Positions 25,485 through 37,925 of a stretch of 47,633 nucleotides of DNA are shown piece by piece. The position numbers and the translations under genes are program-made. Position 1 is the first letter of the stretch, and every line of letters starts with the position of its first letter. The notes beneath the pieces were generated by a model. It ran no database searches and had not been told where the DNA came from. It was given only the letters and a program-made list of their open reading frames with translations. Origin of the DNA: Kipferlia bialata (lineage: Eukaryota). Location: the NCBI GenBank assembly GCA_003568945.1, contig BDIP01000007.1:1-47633 (forward strand), given 5' to 3'.

Positions 25485-27408
25485 TTACTCTGCCCCATAT
25501 ACCCTGCCCTCTAGCCCCAGGGCAACACATGTGGGCCCGCAGGTGTGAGTGTCAAAGAAAGTCTTGAACCCAGCCTGGGCTAGGTTGGTGCCTGAGAACT
25601 TGAGGGTGTGGACGCTGTGGATGGCGGGGTCAGAGAGGGTGATCTCCCCACCTCCCTCTCGCCACCAGGCCCTGTAGGTCACAGACCAGGTGTGTCCTGC
25701 CAGACACTACCCAGGTCCAGTGGGAGAAGGCCTGCAGGGACTCAAAGGCGGAATCCTTGTGCACGAGGCCTGCGTTGCTGTTCCACTTGATCCACTTGCC
25801 ATGGGTGGTGTCAAGCTCAGGCTCTAGCGCACCATACACGGGGACAGGGTACTCCTGGAACCTCACCACCTTGGCAGGGCAGTACTTGAAGGGGAGCACT
25901 GCGATACCCCTCTCTGCAGCGATGGACTGAAACACAGCTGCAAACTTGGCAGCAACACACTGGGTGTGCATGTCTACAAGATAGGGCTTCTCAGCGGTGT
26001 GTACAGCGGTATCCTGGAAGACCTTCACCACATACGGGATGTTGAGGTAAGGGTTGAAGGCGCGGTATGCCATTCGGACACCACCTCGCTCGAATGGGGC
26101 AGCTGAGATGCGTAGTGTCTCGACAAGTGTGGTGAGGTGTGGGCAGTGCTCCTCTTGTAGGCACTCCTCTAGGGTGTCTGGTAGTAGGTATCTCTTGATC
26201 TCCATCACACGCTCCACCCACCCATCAACAGTGCCCCGCTGTGTCTCGTCGTGCCAGAGTGGCACAGAAGGGTCTAGCGCAATGCTGAGTGCCTCTACCA
26301 CTGATGCTGGGGGACGCCCCCCGGTGTATGTTGTTCTGGATGCCATCACTCTGGTGATGGTTTTGGTGAGGGCGGTGGCTATGTTGACGGTCAGTGTTGC
26401 TGGCTTCATGGCATCAAAGCACACGATGGGTGGGTGCTGTAGAGCCTCCAGCTCCTCGTCAAATGCTGCAATCATTGACTTGGTCAGCTCTGGCTTGATG
26501 TAGCCAAAGTGGTACTGGAGGTCCAGATCCACCACTGCCTGCATTGCACTAGCAGGAGTAGATCCGGCTGGGTCCCCACCAGGGTAGCTGTCCTCACCTG
26601 CAAAGAAGCCTCCATGGCAAGGGTAGCGATGTGCACGAGGACACGGGTGGAGCCATGACGAAAGTCCAGATCACACACGGCACGTAGCCCACCCATCACA
26701 TCCTCTGGCCCGTCGCCTCCTCCACTGGCGTGTATGGCACCCACAAACCTCTCGAAGACGGCAACATCCTCGGTGAAGGGGAGCACCGATGTGCGATTGC
26801 TGCCGACGTCGAAGTCAGTGTACCGGACAAAGGCAAGCCTGAAGAGCAGCTGGTTGTTGTCGTCATGGAGGGACTTGATGATGGCACGGATACTCTGCTT
26901 CACACCCTCGATCCAGGGCTGCATAGAGCCAGTGCAGTCCACAAGGAACACAAGGTCGATCAGCGCTGACCGGCTCATGATCTTGAGGACCTGGAGGTCA
27001 ATTGGGTCTCGGCATCTGTCTCTTGATGCAGAGTGCTTGGTATACCGGCAATTGTATGGGAGAGTACTCAAAGAACACATTCTTTTGTAGAGTAAACAGC
27101 ACAGACTATACCTGGCGAATCTGAGTGCGACGGGTAATGGTGCGCTCTCTGCGCTCCTCCGCACTCAGTACACTACCCAGGTGGCTGTGACTCTCTCCTC
27201 TCCCTCTGGTAGCAGTGTGCCTCGTAAACTCTGGGTGCCATGAGGTGAGTTCGTCCTCAGGGTGAGGACGCTCTACTGTGGTTCTGTGTGAGGGTGGACT
27301 TGCCCCCCTCACCGTCCTCATCAAGTGGGGCGGCAGGCCCGACTCCCTCTCGACAGGGGAGATGTGGCAGTCACGGGAGTAAGTGTCCCTACTGTGCTCG
27401 TGTGACAT
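25485..27408 (-). pseudogene. vWA-domain + alpha-kinase (eEF2K/MHCK family, VwkA-like architecture) with two frameshifts in this assembly
   Basis: Exon 27112-27408 splices in phase 0 (intron 26991-27111) to VLKIMSRSALIDLVFLVDCTGSM (vWA MIDAS-type), followed by GGGDGPEDV and VLVHIA. Alpha-kinase motifs: PFERGGVRMAY, YVVKVF, EPEL, WIKWNSNAG, QAFSHWTW, LVCDLQG, LSDPAIHS, GTNLAQAG, HTCGPTC. The frame breaks at ~26625 and ~25658. Confidence 0.85.
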
Positions 27409-27670
27409 GCGGAGACTTAAGAAGAGGAATGTTACCGACGAGACACCTCTTACACACCGTGTATACCGGTGAGGCTTTCTATTGGGATCCCACGTGGAAG
27501 CACAGTATCACTGTTGAGTATTGACTACGAAGCCATCATTTCTGCTAACGCTGACGAGACCACCCCCTATTTAACGGGAACATCGTGTATCGAGTACCGA
27601 ATACACACGCTTCCACTGCCCTGAGAGTTATAGTCAGTCACTGAGTCAGTCTCTATCATAGGCACTGTCT
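27409..27670. promoter_or_regulatory. Probable bidirectional promoter between the vWA-alpha-kinase and LRR genes
   Basis: 262 nt between divergent ATGs at 27408 (-) and 27671 (+). No specific motif was identified. Confidence 0.45.
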
Positions 27671-29575
27671 ATGTCAGATGGACGACGCCACCCCAAGCGC
27701 CGGAGTGACGCATCTCTATTCAACATGACTGTGTTGCTGCAAGAGGAGAGACGGGCGGGGAGGGTAGAACAGGAAGAGAGAGAGAGGGCACAGAGAGAAG
27801 AGAGAAAGAGACTGGCGATAGCTGCGAGAAAGGAAGCTGAGAGGAAGGAAAGGGAGAGAGTTGAGAGGGAAGAGAGAGAGAGAGTCCGGAGGGAGGCTGC
27901 TATGAGAGAAGAAAGGGAAAGGATTGCTAGAGAAGAGAGAGAGAGAGTCATAAGGGAGAAGAAGGAGAAGGAGGAGAAGCTGAAGCGAGAGAGGGAAGCG
28001 AAAGAGAGAGCAGAGAGAGAGAGGGTGGAGAGAATCAGGAGGGAGAAGGTCGCAGAAGAGCGAAGGCTTGCAGCATTGAGGGAGGAGCAAGAGAGAGCCG
28101 AACGGGACGAGAGGGAGGTTGCTCGGTTTCGAGCACAGGTACATGTCATGTGTAATTTGATACGAAAGACACTGGCTAATGATGTACCGTATGCCGTAAT
28201 CTTATGGCAGATAGACAGATACCCCTGGATGGCACTTGTCTTAGACTGTGCCAGCAAGAAGTCAAACAGGGTATCTCGGACATACCGTGTCATATACAAC
28301 ATTGGAATACAACACTTATCGCTGAATACATAACGTATACTGCAGTCACTCTGTCTGAGACTAAGCTTCCCATTCAGAAGATGTTGTTAATATGAATGTC
28401 ACATAAAACTCTCTGCGAGATAGTGCTATTCACTCATGCGATACAGTCTTGTTCTGTTCTCAGTCCAGCTGTCCCTCAGGGACCAGCCTCTCGGCGATGA
28501 GGGAGTGGTTCTACTCGCCGATGCTCTTTCTGGTATATCCTCCCTGCATGGTATCTCTGAGGTGTGCCACGTGTGTTGCTGAGACACTAGACTCCTTCTC
28601 GCTAGTTCTGCGTTTCCCAACTAGGTAGCATCTAACCCAAGTTGTCGCTTCGTGAGACAGGCATGGGAGACCGAGGTGGCACAGCGCTGGCAGGTGCACT
28701 CCCTGCCCTTGAAGGACTCATCGAGGTACGGCTAACCGAGTCACTTTAGCTTTACTCTGTTGTTGTTGGCCCATATCTGCGGTAAAGACACATGATCTTA
28801 CCCAGCTGGACCTGAATCTAAATGACCTTTGTGGCGAAACGGCTGCCAGTATACTTGAAGCAGCGCCAACCATTCACTATGTAAGTTTGCTCCAAATATC
28901 AACTGACTGTCACAGTGACAGTCTGTCACTTACTATCGGACATAATCTCTTCTCCCATATACTGACAGAAGCTAGATCTGGTTGAAAACAACATCGGAGA
29001 TGGAATGACTGCATTTGCTGAGGCACTTACGGGTATGACTGACCTCAAGGAGGTTCGTGATCCTTGTGTTGATGCTGACGCATACTCTGAGTCAGAGTCT
29101 AACAACGATCATAATGTACCATTTTGCTTATGTCCTTTCCATGCATGACCTCACAAACAGCTCTCTCTCACCCAAAACGATATCGACTCTGACGGGGTTA
29201 TAGCACTTGCAGAGTCCCTGCCTTCCCTAGAGTACCTCGAAATTGTGAGAGCAGACGATATACGAAACTCAAATCTTGAATCTCCTCCTTCAAATCCTCT
29301 CTTCCCCATTCATCGACTGTCTGAGTCTGACTGCTCACCCTAGTTGCGGTTAGATGTCAATTCTGTCGACTCTGAGGGAGCCAGAGCACTAGCTGAAGTG
29401 ATTCCTCACATGGCAGCGCTAGACGTGGTAAGTGTGAAGTTCAATTCAAGGCTCCTATTTGGATACTCTGTGACAATACTCAGATCAGGTGGACCTGTCT
29501 GGCAACTATTACATTGACGAAGACACTAAGACTGCCTTAAGAGAGATGGATACGGGTTGTAGTGTGATGACCTGA
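27671..29575 (+). CDS. E/R-rich charged helix/coiled coil plus ribonuclease-inhibitor-type LRR protein
   Basis: Exon 1 (27671-28138) is E/R/K-rich. LRR exons, all phase 0: 28469-28561 LSLRDQPLGDEGVVLLADALSGISSLHGISE; 28642-28725 LSLRETGMGDRGGTALAGALPALEGLIE; 28806-28880; 28972-29052 LDLVENNIGDGMTAFAEALTGMTDLKE; 29161-29244 LSLTQNDIDSDGVIALAESLPSLEYLEI; 29344-29427 LRLDVNSVDSEGARALAEVIPHMAALDV; 29489-29575 VDLSGNYYIDEDTKTALRE...stop. The linking exons at 28211-28400 are less certain. Confidence 0.85.
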
Positions 29576-30129
29576 TGCCCAGGCCATCAAGTACACTGAA
29601 AAAGTAAATTATTGCTAGATAAGTGTCCTTTACTGTCCCTAGTTCTTTAGAAATTCGAATGGTGGTTGTCGACCTTGTCTGAGCTTCTCTTTACAGAATG
29701 TGAATGTGTGGACGTGAAACACATCCCCACAGTTTTCTATCAGTGTGGGACCCACAACCAGATCTGGATCGGCATTTGTACTAGAGAATTGCGAACAGAG
29801 TCCGAGTGGAGAGAGAGATACGTCTGATGGTGCCAGTGTAAGGGTAGAGGCAGCAATGAGGAGAAAGATGAGAACTTTGGGGTGTAGAGCTAAATATGAA
29901 GATCCATGAGCCCTGGAAGGCAACGTTGGCTCAAGCAAGAGAGAAAGAGATTGTGAGAGGCGATACTGAAGGAGTCTCCTGAAAGTATGTGTGCTACGCT
30001 GTACCAGCCCGAAAAGCCGATAGACTTGTCAGTTGGTAGAAAGACTCTTCCCCCATACTTCTAGATGTGTCTCTTTCTGCATCTATATCTATTGTACGGA
30101 TATCTCCGTCATCTATTTGTAATTGACAT

Positions 30130-30218
30130 GCGCCACCGAGAGTGGACGAGGAGACCTGTTGGCAACAGTCTTTGGTAGGCTCCTGTCACTGGGTCTCCTC
30201 GTCCATTCTCGGTGGCGC
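30130..30218. repeat. 27-bp inverted repeat (hairpin or MITE-like) with a 35-nt spacer
   Basis: Left arm 30130-30156 GCGCCACCGAGAGTGGACGAGGAGACC; right arm 30192-30218 GGTCTCCTCGTCCATTCTCGGTGGCGC; 26/27 complementary. Confidence 0.95.
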
Positions 30219-30282
30219 CTCGAGTACAAGTAGTGACTAGGCACTCTTCTCTCAACTGGATGTCTTGTTGGCTGCCTCACAG

Positions 30283-32781
30283 TTAGTGTGCACCGTGCCT
30301 CTCAGACCCTCCCAGGTCAGTGGTGAGCCTGGGTCTGACCGACACCTTGATGCAGTTGCCAATGGCACACCCTGCCTCTGTGCCCAGGGTGTGTGACGCA
30401 TGGGGGTCGTAGACTAGACACACCCCTGTTGGGCACTCAGAGAGGGTCAGGAGGAGGGTGTCGCTGAGGTGAGAGTACCCAGTACTGCTGATGCAGTAGT
30501 CTATGGACAATAGATTGTAAAGGTATTCCATTCATGTGCCAACACACATACCTGTCCATCCCTAAGTTCAGAGTGTGGCAGAGGTGCTTGGCCTGAGGTG
30601 AGGAGATATCCACTACGAGTGTCGCCGGGCTATATACAACTGTTCTCTGTCTGAGTATATACCTGCATGGGGCTGATCAAGGGATTGTATCAGACTACCT
30701 TAACATAGTATGTATCCTTTACACACCTGCATGGGGCTGATCAGCTGGTGAATCACAGCAAGGGAGCACAGCTCCAGCAGGGTCTCTGGTATGTCTGTGG
30801 GAGACTGGGTGCTGAAGACTACTCTACGGTGAGACTACCACTACTTTGATTCATGGTCTATGAACTATCACACAGGACTCCAACTAAGAGCAGGTACCCA
30901 ACACAGTGCATACCTTGCCCCCAGGTGTCTGATCTGCCTGACCAGTTTGACCATGGCATCACACAGAACACCGGCAGCGAGGTACTTGTGGGCCTCATCC
31001 AGAACCACGAGTCTGGCCGGTGAGTAAGGAGACAACGTGTAGAATCAATGAATATCGTGCAGTCATTATGTGAGTAGTACACAACCCGGTTCACATGTAT
31101 ACCTGTCCATCCTAGGCCCTGACAGAAAGAGGTGGGTGACTACACTGAAGAGACTGTTGGCCTCAGCAGAGGTCAGGTGGGGGTCGGTCAGGTCACAGAC
31201 CACAAGGCGGTCTGAGGGTAAGGTGAGTGCTCAAGGACATGGATAATTGATCCGTCATTGATCAAGTGAATACTTGTCATACCTGATATGTCACTGGCGA
31301 TGACCTCGTGGGCCCCTGTCAGCCCCAGTCTCTTGTTGGTGCTGCTCTCAGCCACCAGACTCTCCAGCAGTGCCAGCCTCTGTGTCAGATGCTGTCTCTG
31401 CTTGGGGTCAAAGTCAGCATCCATCAACAGAGACTGGAACCCAGTCCAGGTGATGGGGTCACCCCTTGACTGCACCTTCCTGGGCAGTGCCTTGGCCACG
31501 TCGGCATAGAGAGGTGGGTGGGTGACATCAGCTAGACCCATCAGCTGCTCCAGCATGGTGCCTGTCAGTGCCCCAAAGGGTATCACTAGAGGAAGCACCT
31601 GCACACCTGGGAACTTGCTCTCGAGGAAGCGCCTCCTCACAATGTAGTTGGATGGAGAGGTCAGCACAACAGTTGGGATAGCGAGGCCAGTCACAGGGCC
31701 AGTGGTCAGAGGCAGGGCCAGGCCGAGGGACTCACAGACATTGTTGGGGTCGGTGTCATATGAGCAGACAAGTGTGGCCATGTCTCCACCTCTAGTGATG
31801 TCAGGGCAGGACAAGGTGCAGGACTCGATGATGGTGTTGAGGGTGTGGGACTTGCCAGAGTTCTGGATGCCACATACAACAGCAGCAAAGGGGTCCCGGA
31901 TGTTGAGGCTAAAGTGAGGGAGACATGGATGGCATCCATTGGATATTTGAAGAATTGTTGGCAACAATTATTGTTGCCCAATGAAGATATACATATTAAT
32001 ACTTTGAAACGAGTGCATTATGTTACGTACTTCAGGAGGTCTCCCCGTGTGTCGTCCTCAGTTCTCATCTCCCCAAAGAGTCCTCTTCCTAAGTCAGCAC
32101 TCGACGAGCGTACTTGGTACATAGGAGACTTATTGAGGATGTACATGTGTGTATATGCAGTCCCAGCCAATCGTCATAAGAATACATAATAGAACAAGGG
32201 TCTTACGTACCTGGTGCATCCTCCTTCTCCCCAAGTACTGCACTCACTGATCTCTGGCAGAGAGAGGGGGCAGGGTGGCTCTGCATGAAGTCCCTGGCAG
32301 AGGGTACAGTGACTGAGGGGGAGAGCCGTGTTGATACAGTGGGAGTTGGGTCATCCTCTGGTGCCTCAGGAGTATCTCCAGGTGTCTCACACTCATCTGG
32401 GGTGTCCTGTTCAGCGGTGTGTGGTACAGAGTGAGAACGTGCATCAGTGGTCGCACCAGTGTGTGTGTGACAGACAGTACCATCAGAGGCACTATCGGAT
32501 GCACTTGGCTCCGCAGGGGTTCCATCCGGTGGTCCGTCGCTACGAAGACACACAAAGTTGTATGGACCACCACGGTACAGACCCCAAGGCTCCATCACAG
32601 AAAGCAGGGTGGGCGCGTGAACTACCCCTTCAAAACCAAGAGCCCACCTCTCTCTGCTGACTGTCTCCCTGAACACACTCATAGACATACCACAGGGACC
32701 AGAGTCACGGACCAGACCCACTATGTTCTGGCCATGCCTTGTTGCAAATGCAGTAGCGTTGTCCACCCTCCACTCCGCCAT
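30283..32781 (-). CDS. Spliced P-loop ATPase of the HerA/FtsK/VirB4-like superfamily
   Basis: Hand-spliced motifs: LNIRDPFAAVVCGIQNSGKSHTL (Walker A, ~31848-31871); VVCDLTDP; LVVLDEAHKYL (Walker B, ~30988-31011); VRQIRHLGAR (Arg-finger region); VVFSTQSP; C-terminal KVSVRPRLTTDLGGS. At least 7 GT-AG introns. The start may be ATG 32781 or 32829. Confidence 0.8.
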
Positions 32782-33045
32782 AGCACGGGTGGAACCCTGT
32801 TCGGTTGGATAAGAGACCACCAGAGACATTTCTCTTGCGCAAGCCACATGCTTGCGGGTTTCTGGCTAAATGAGGGTATCTTTCAAGTATACAGTGTATA
32901 TCCGAGAAAGGCATAGAAACCGGACTTTATGCGTCTTTAGATACCCTCTCATTTACCAAGCCACCTCACTCACACAGGAACCAACTGTCCACTCGTTACC
33001 CTCGCCATCGAAAGCAGTTAGTACCATAGACAAAGAATACCTAGA

Positions 33046-36000
33046 ATGCCATTGTGCAACAACCATGCCCCTGCCCTTAGTGTGAACACTGCCATGGGGG
33101 AGGTATGGGACGGTTCATGTCCATTATACTGTAATCTCACTGTATACTAGATTGGTCTCCACACTATCCCCGAGATAGTACCGTAGTTAGTATGCACAGT
33201 ACTCACCCAGGTCTGCCTAGGCTGCATACTGGATGTGTTTGGCTCAGAGAGCAGAGAGGGAGGGGGAGAGAGAGTGGGAGCAAGGGCATATATAAGCAGG
33301 TACACATTCCTCTACAGTTGAGCGTTGAGTCTATTCTATCGTATATCCTTGACACGAGTTGACCCTGTCTAGGTGCATGGCCGCGCTGCGTACACTTGAG
33401 GCCCCTAGGCTCTGCTCTCTATTCAATGCTGCTGGGCAGCTAATACAGAGGAAGACACTTGGTATGTCACTATATTCCTTAGGAATGTATGCAACGGCAG
33501 AGCCTCATATCCAGGACTCCCCACCTACCCTCTCAACATCGTGGTTTCCTATGCGTCCCTTCTTCACCTGGTATCAGAGACACACTTGTCTGTAAGTGGT
33601 GAGACACAGAGGGGGAGAGATGCAGAGCTCTCCCAGAACTGGGCGGCGCAGCACCTGTCCTTCTCTCTCCCCCGTCTCTCCTCCTCTAGCAGTGCCTGCT
33701 ATGCGTTGCTGAGCACTCTCTCTCCCTTTGTCTCAGGTCATGCAGCCATCGACCAGGGGGTAGTCACAGCAGTACAGAGGATGCTCTCCCCGTCTACAGT
33801 GGGTGAGGGAGTAGGGGACAGAGACATCCACTCAGCAGTGGACAGTGCGCTGGTGGCAGCATCCATTGCACGCATACCTCTCTCTCTCCCTGTGCTACTC
33901 TCCCTTCTGAGTGAGAGGGTGACCCCTGCCAGGGTACTAGCCACCGTGTGGGCAGCAGCGGAGGAGGAGAGGGAGAGAGTGAGGGAGAGAAGAGAGAGCG
34001 CCAGGGAGGCATACTATCCCGATGCAAGAGACGAGGACCTTGAGGATGACAGGCCCCTTACACTGGACAGGAACACACAACAGAGTCTCTATCAGGTATA
34101 TGCCATAGTAATATCCATTAGACATGAGTCACCATTTACACTTGTCCAATAGCAGGTTGTGCAGTCCCTACGCGATGTCAGAGCTGACAGTGTAGGGTGG
34201 GACCTTGGTCTGTACTCCATGCCCCCTGGGTGGCTGAGGGAGGAGTACAAGAGACAGATGCCTGAGACAGTCTCAGAGGCCGTGCAGGTATGATACATGC
34301 AAACAGTAGACTATACTCTCCCATACCCATATATATATATATGTAGCTAACCTCCTAGGTATCCCACAACCCTGGACATGGCACTGGATACTCTGCCTAT
34401 AGGGACACACAGGAGCACACACAGACTGATGCTCCCACTGTCCTGCTGGAGAGTGTGTGTAGACCAGTGCCTGACTCTCTGTCTGCTGCACTACCCATAG
34501 CGTGTCTACGACTACTGGCACTAGCCAAGTGTCAGACACCGTTTGCAGGTACACTCTGCTGTCACCTTGTTATTCACTTTACAATTCTTCATGTTTTTGT
34601 ATATACTAACCCCAGCCTCCTGTCAGCTTGTTGAGAAGTGTGTCCTCTTGGCTGATCCTGCCAAGACACTCGTGGCTCTGCACTGTCTATCCAACAGCCT
34701 TAGGTACTCTTTCCACACGTATCATTAATAGAGTAAACACAATAATTCTTTGAGCGCTGACATGGGATTAGAACTCACTTCTAGGGGTATCACCACCAGC
34801 GATGGCTGTGTAGAAGCAGCCCAGGTTATCCACAGGTACTTCGTACATACCGTCATGTGACATAGGCATATATCACATATTCTTCTACTGACCCCAGTGC
34901 CTATGCGGCCATGCCTGGTGAGTGTGGTGTTGGGGTGGGTAGTGTCACCAGAACACTGCTCATACACAGCAGTCGGTACCAGGCATCTAAGAGGTACCAC
35001 GTTCTAGATCTTATGCATCACTCTAGCATGTAAGTGTCACTAATCATCAGGGCCTGGGTCTCTGTCCCTGTCTCCTGTGCATGTGTAGTGCTGGCCTGTC
35101 CAGATATGAGCCAGGAGGTCTGTGGACCTGTCTTGCGTACCTTAAGAGACCTCTCTCTAGGCAGGCTCCAGAATGCCTCTCTCACTCATGGTCCACTAGA
35201 TGGGGAGTCACTGCTGGGAGCCTTCCTATGCAGCATGGATGCAGTGCTACCTCTGACCCAGAGGAGTGCTCCTAGTGTGAGTGCGGTCATGGAGGGCAGA
35301 CTAGGTACACATATCATGTAAGTATAGCACAAATATATATCCTTCTGATGTCAGGCCGGTCTGGCACCCTGCAGCTCTGGTACACCCTGCTGTCCATCAA
35401 CCATGCCTGTCTGACATGTGCCCAGGGCACACCTTTCGTCAAGAGAGTACAAGGAGCCATCGAGGTATAGGTCATACATTGTTATACTCACCGAGTTCGT
35501 GTCATTTACCGACTCTCATCTTAGGCCTGCACCTGGCTGTGTGCCTCAGTGTGCAGAGTGCTGGATGAGGTCACACCAGACATGGTAGAGTGCATATCAG
35601 ACCTGTGTACAATAGCATTCCCTGGTGAGGGAGAGGGTGGGGAGAGAACCCCCAATGGGTCTAGGTGTCTCCAGGCATCTGCTGCCACTGAGGCATTGCA
35701 GGTACGGATTACATTATGGGTACCTCAATGATGTGACAAGTGAAATCGTTCTTACCCTAATCTCAAGGCGTCCCTCCTGCCTGTCTCGTTCGGCCTGGCC
35801 TGGCACCACGCTGTGAAGGGAGATGGAGAGATGCTGTCTCGCATGCTTAGACATGCTGGTAGGGTGGGTACCAGCAGAGTGGAGGGGGATGACCTAGGTG
35901 TGGACGAGGTCACTGTCTTTGGCCAGTCACTATCTGTGATAGAGTACCTGGTGGGGTCTAGGAGGGGGTCCATGTCAGCATCACTGTCCCACTCACTGTC

Positions 36001-37925
36001 GGCATCCCTATCACCACACAATGAGGTACATTGACTATTATACCAACATCCAACTCTCTCAAAACGCATTGGATTGTGTATCTTCTCACCCAAGGTGTCC
36101 ACCCAGCTTGACTCTCTCTCCCTCTCCGACGCTGGTCCTGACCAGTGCACACGACTCATGGCCACTCTCCTATGTGCTGTGGAGTCACTACCCCTGCCCC
36201 CCGAGTATTCACCTCCTGACCCTGCCTGTCTCTCTCAGCCAGTCTCTAGGGAGATAGCTGCGCCAGCTGCCCTGCTCCTTTTACTTAGGGTGCGTATATG
36301 TACTAGGGTTCCCATCGGGTTCCTCACATTCTGTAATCACCACTCATGCTGAATATTCGATAGCATTGCTAACAAACAGTCACGAGTAGCTGAGAGCACA
36401 GGTGTCTCTCTCTACACAGCCCTGGGTGCCAGTGTGGACGCATATGCCAGGGAGAGTGTGGATGATGGGTGCACCACTGCAGGTGGATGCTGGAGGACAT
36501 TCCCTAGGAGTAGTGCACACTTGCTAAGGTACACTACATCACTACTATCCCGTAATGGTATTGCCTGCTAATACCTAGGCTACTCTCCTCCAACCACTCC
36601 TTTGCCACTGGTTCTGCCACAGCAGTGTGTCTGTCCATATGCGCTGCCCTACCTTGGCTACCCCTACCCCCTATGTCACCAGATGCTGTTATGGACAGTC
36701 TAGTCTACAGACCACCCTCTGCACCCCTATATAGAGCACTGTGGCTGTGTAGGGACACATCAACTGAGGAGACCAGGAGTAGAGATGGGGAGAGGGTGTC
36801 CTGGGACGTGTGTGTGAGGGCACTAGAAATGGACACGGCGGCAGTCACAATGGCTGCCTGCAGGGTGCTCTTCCTACTGAGTCTGAGAGGTGGTCTGTTC
36901 AGCAGGTACTGTGGACTCTATTGATTACTCTATTGTCACAGACTGTACCTAACGCTAGCGATGCCCTTGCTGGTGTCTGTGAGGCCATAATGCAGAGACT
37001 GGAGGGGGTACAGTCAGACAGCATAGAGTACACGCAGCTCTACCAGGTTTTGAATCTATTCTACCTTACCGCTACCGCCACTGCAGGGTATGCTACTCAC
37101 ATTTAGGCTCTGGCAGCGTGTCTGCAGTCTCTGTATCTGCAGACCAAGCGTGGCTCCCTCTCTTGCTCCCCCTCCAGAGCATCGTCCATCCTCGTGTCAC
37201 TAGTAGACACAATCACCTTGACACCCTGTCGCACCCCCCTCACCCTCTGTGTATCTGCTGCCTGTCTAGTGTGTCAGATACTGCATGTCACCATAGAGAC
37301 CAGCCTCACAAACACACTCAAGACATGGCTACCCACTCCCATATACCTGCACTGCCCCAGTCTGTTACTGTGTTGTGAGGCATCCTTCAACGACCAGATA
37401 GAGACTGTGCATGATGTGTCTAGAGCGGTACTCGGTATGGTGACTGTACCTGGTGATGAGACTGACACCCTTAGACAGTACCTGAGGGCACTATTGGTAG
37501 TGTATCGCATGGACACCCTCACCAAGAGGAGACTCCTCCCTATGGTGGCTGAGGCATTGATGAGCGGGGGTGCACACACTGTAGAGGGTACAGTGCAGGA
37601 GAGGGAGAGAGACCAGGTCGTGCAGCAGGAGGTGGAGATGGCTCTGATACACAGACCTGACTACACGACACCGGCTGAGGAGGAGGGGGAGAGAAGACCC
37701 AGGGTGGTGGACGGAGAAAGGGTGGGGGAGAGAGAGGGAGAGACCTGGCAGAGCATGGTGCATGGGTGGGTGCTGGCAGAGAGTACATGGTTGGTGATGG
37801 CAGAACAGGCCGAAGCAGAGGCAGAGGCAGAGGCTGAGGTGGAGGCAGAGAGGGAGAGTCAGAGGGTCTCCCAAGAGAAGGGTGATGTCACTATGACAGA
37901 GCCTGCCCCAGAGGCCGGGATATGA
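33046..37925 (+). CDS. Large multi-exon, Leu/Ala-rich helical (ARM/HEAT-like) protein of unknown function
   Basis: Long series of GT-AG bounded coding blocks on + (e.g. ~33514-34095, 35052-35304, 35525-35701, 36094-36289, 37108-37925) with amphipathic helical composition, ending in an acidic tail and TGA at 37925. No diagnostic motif was recognised and the start is uncertain. Confidence 0.55.

Noticed and set aside
25655..25666. A 10-nt GT...AG (GTGGCGAGAG) whose removal would restore the kinase frame
   Set aside because: Far shorter than the other introns here (about 50-300 nt), has no branch point, and cannot explain the first frameshift, which is a deletion.
27646..28302. Ser/Leu-rich minus-strand ORFs
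   Set aside because: Reverse complement of the GA-rich E/R exon.
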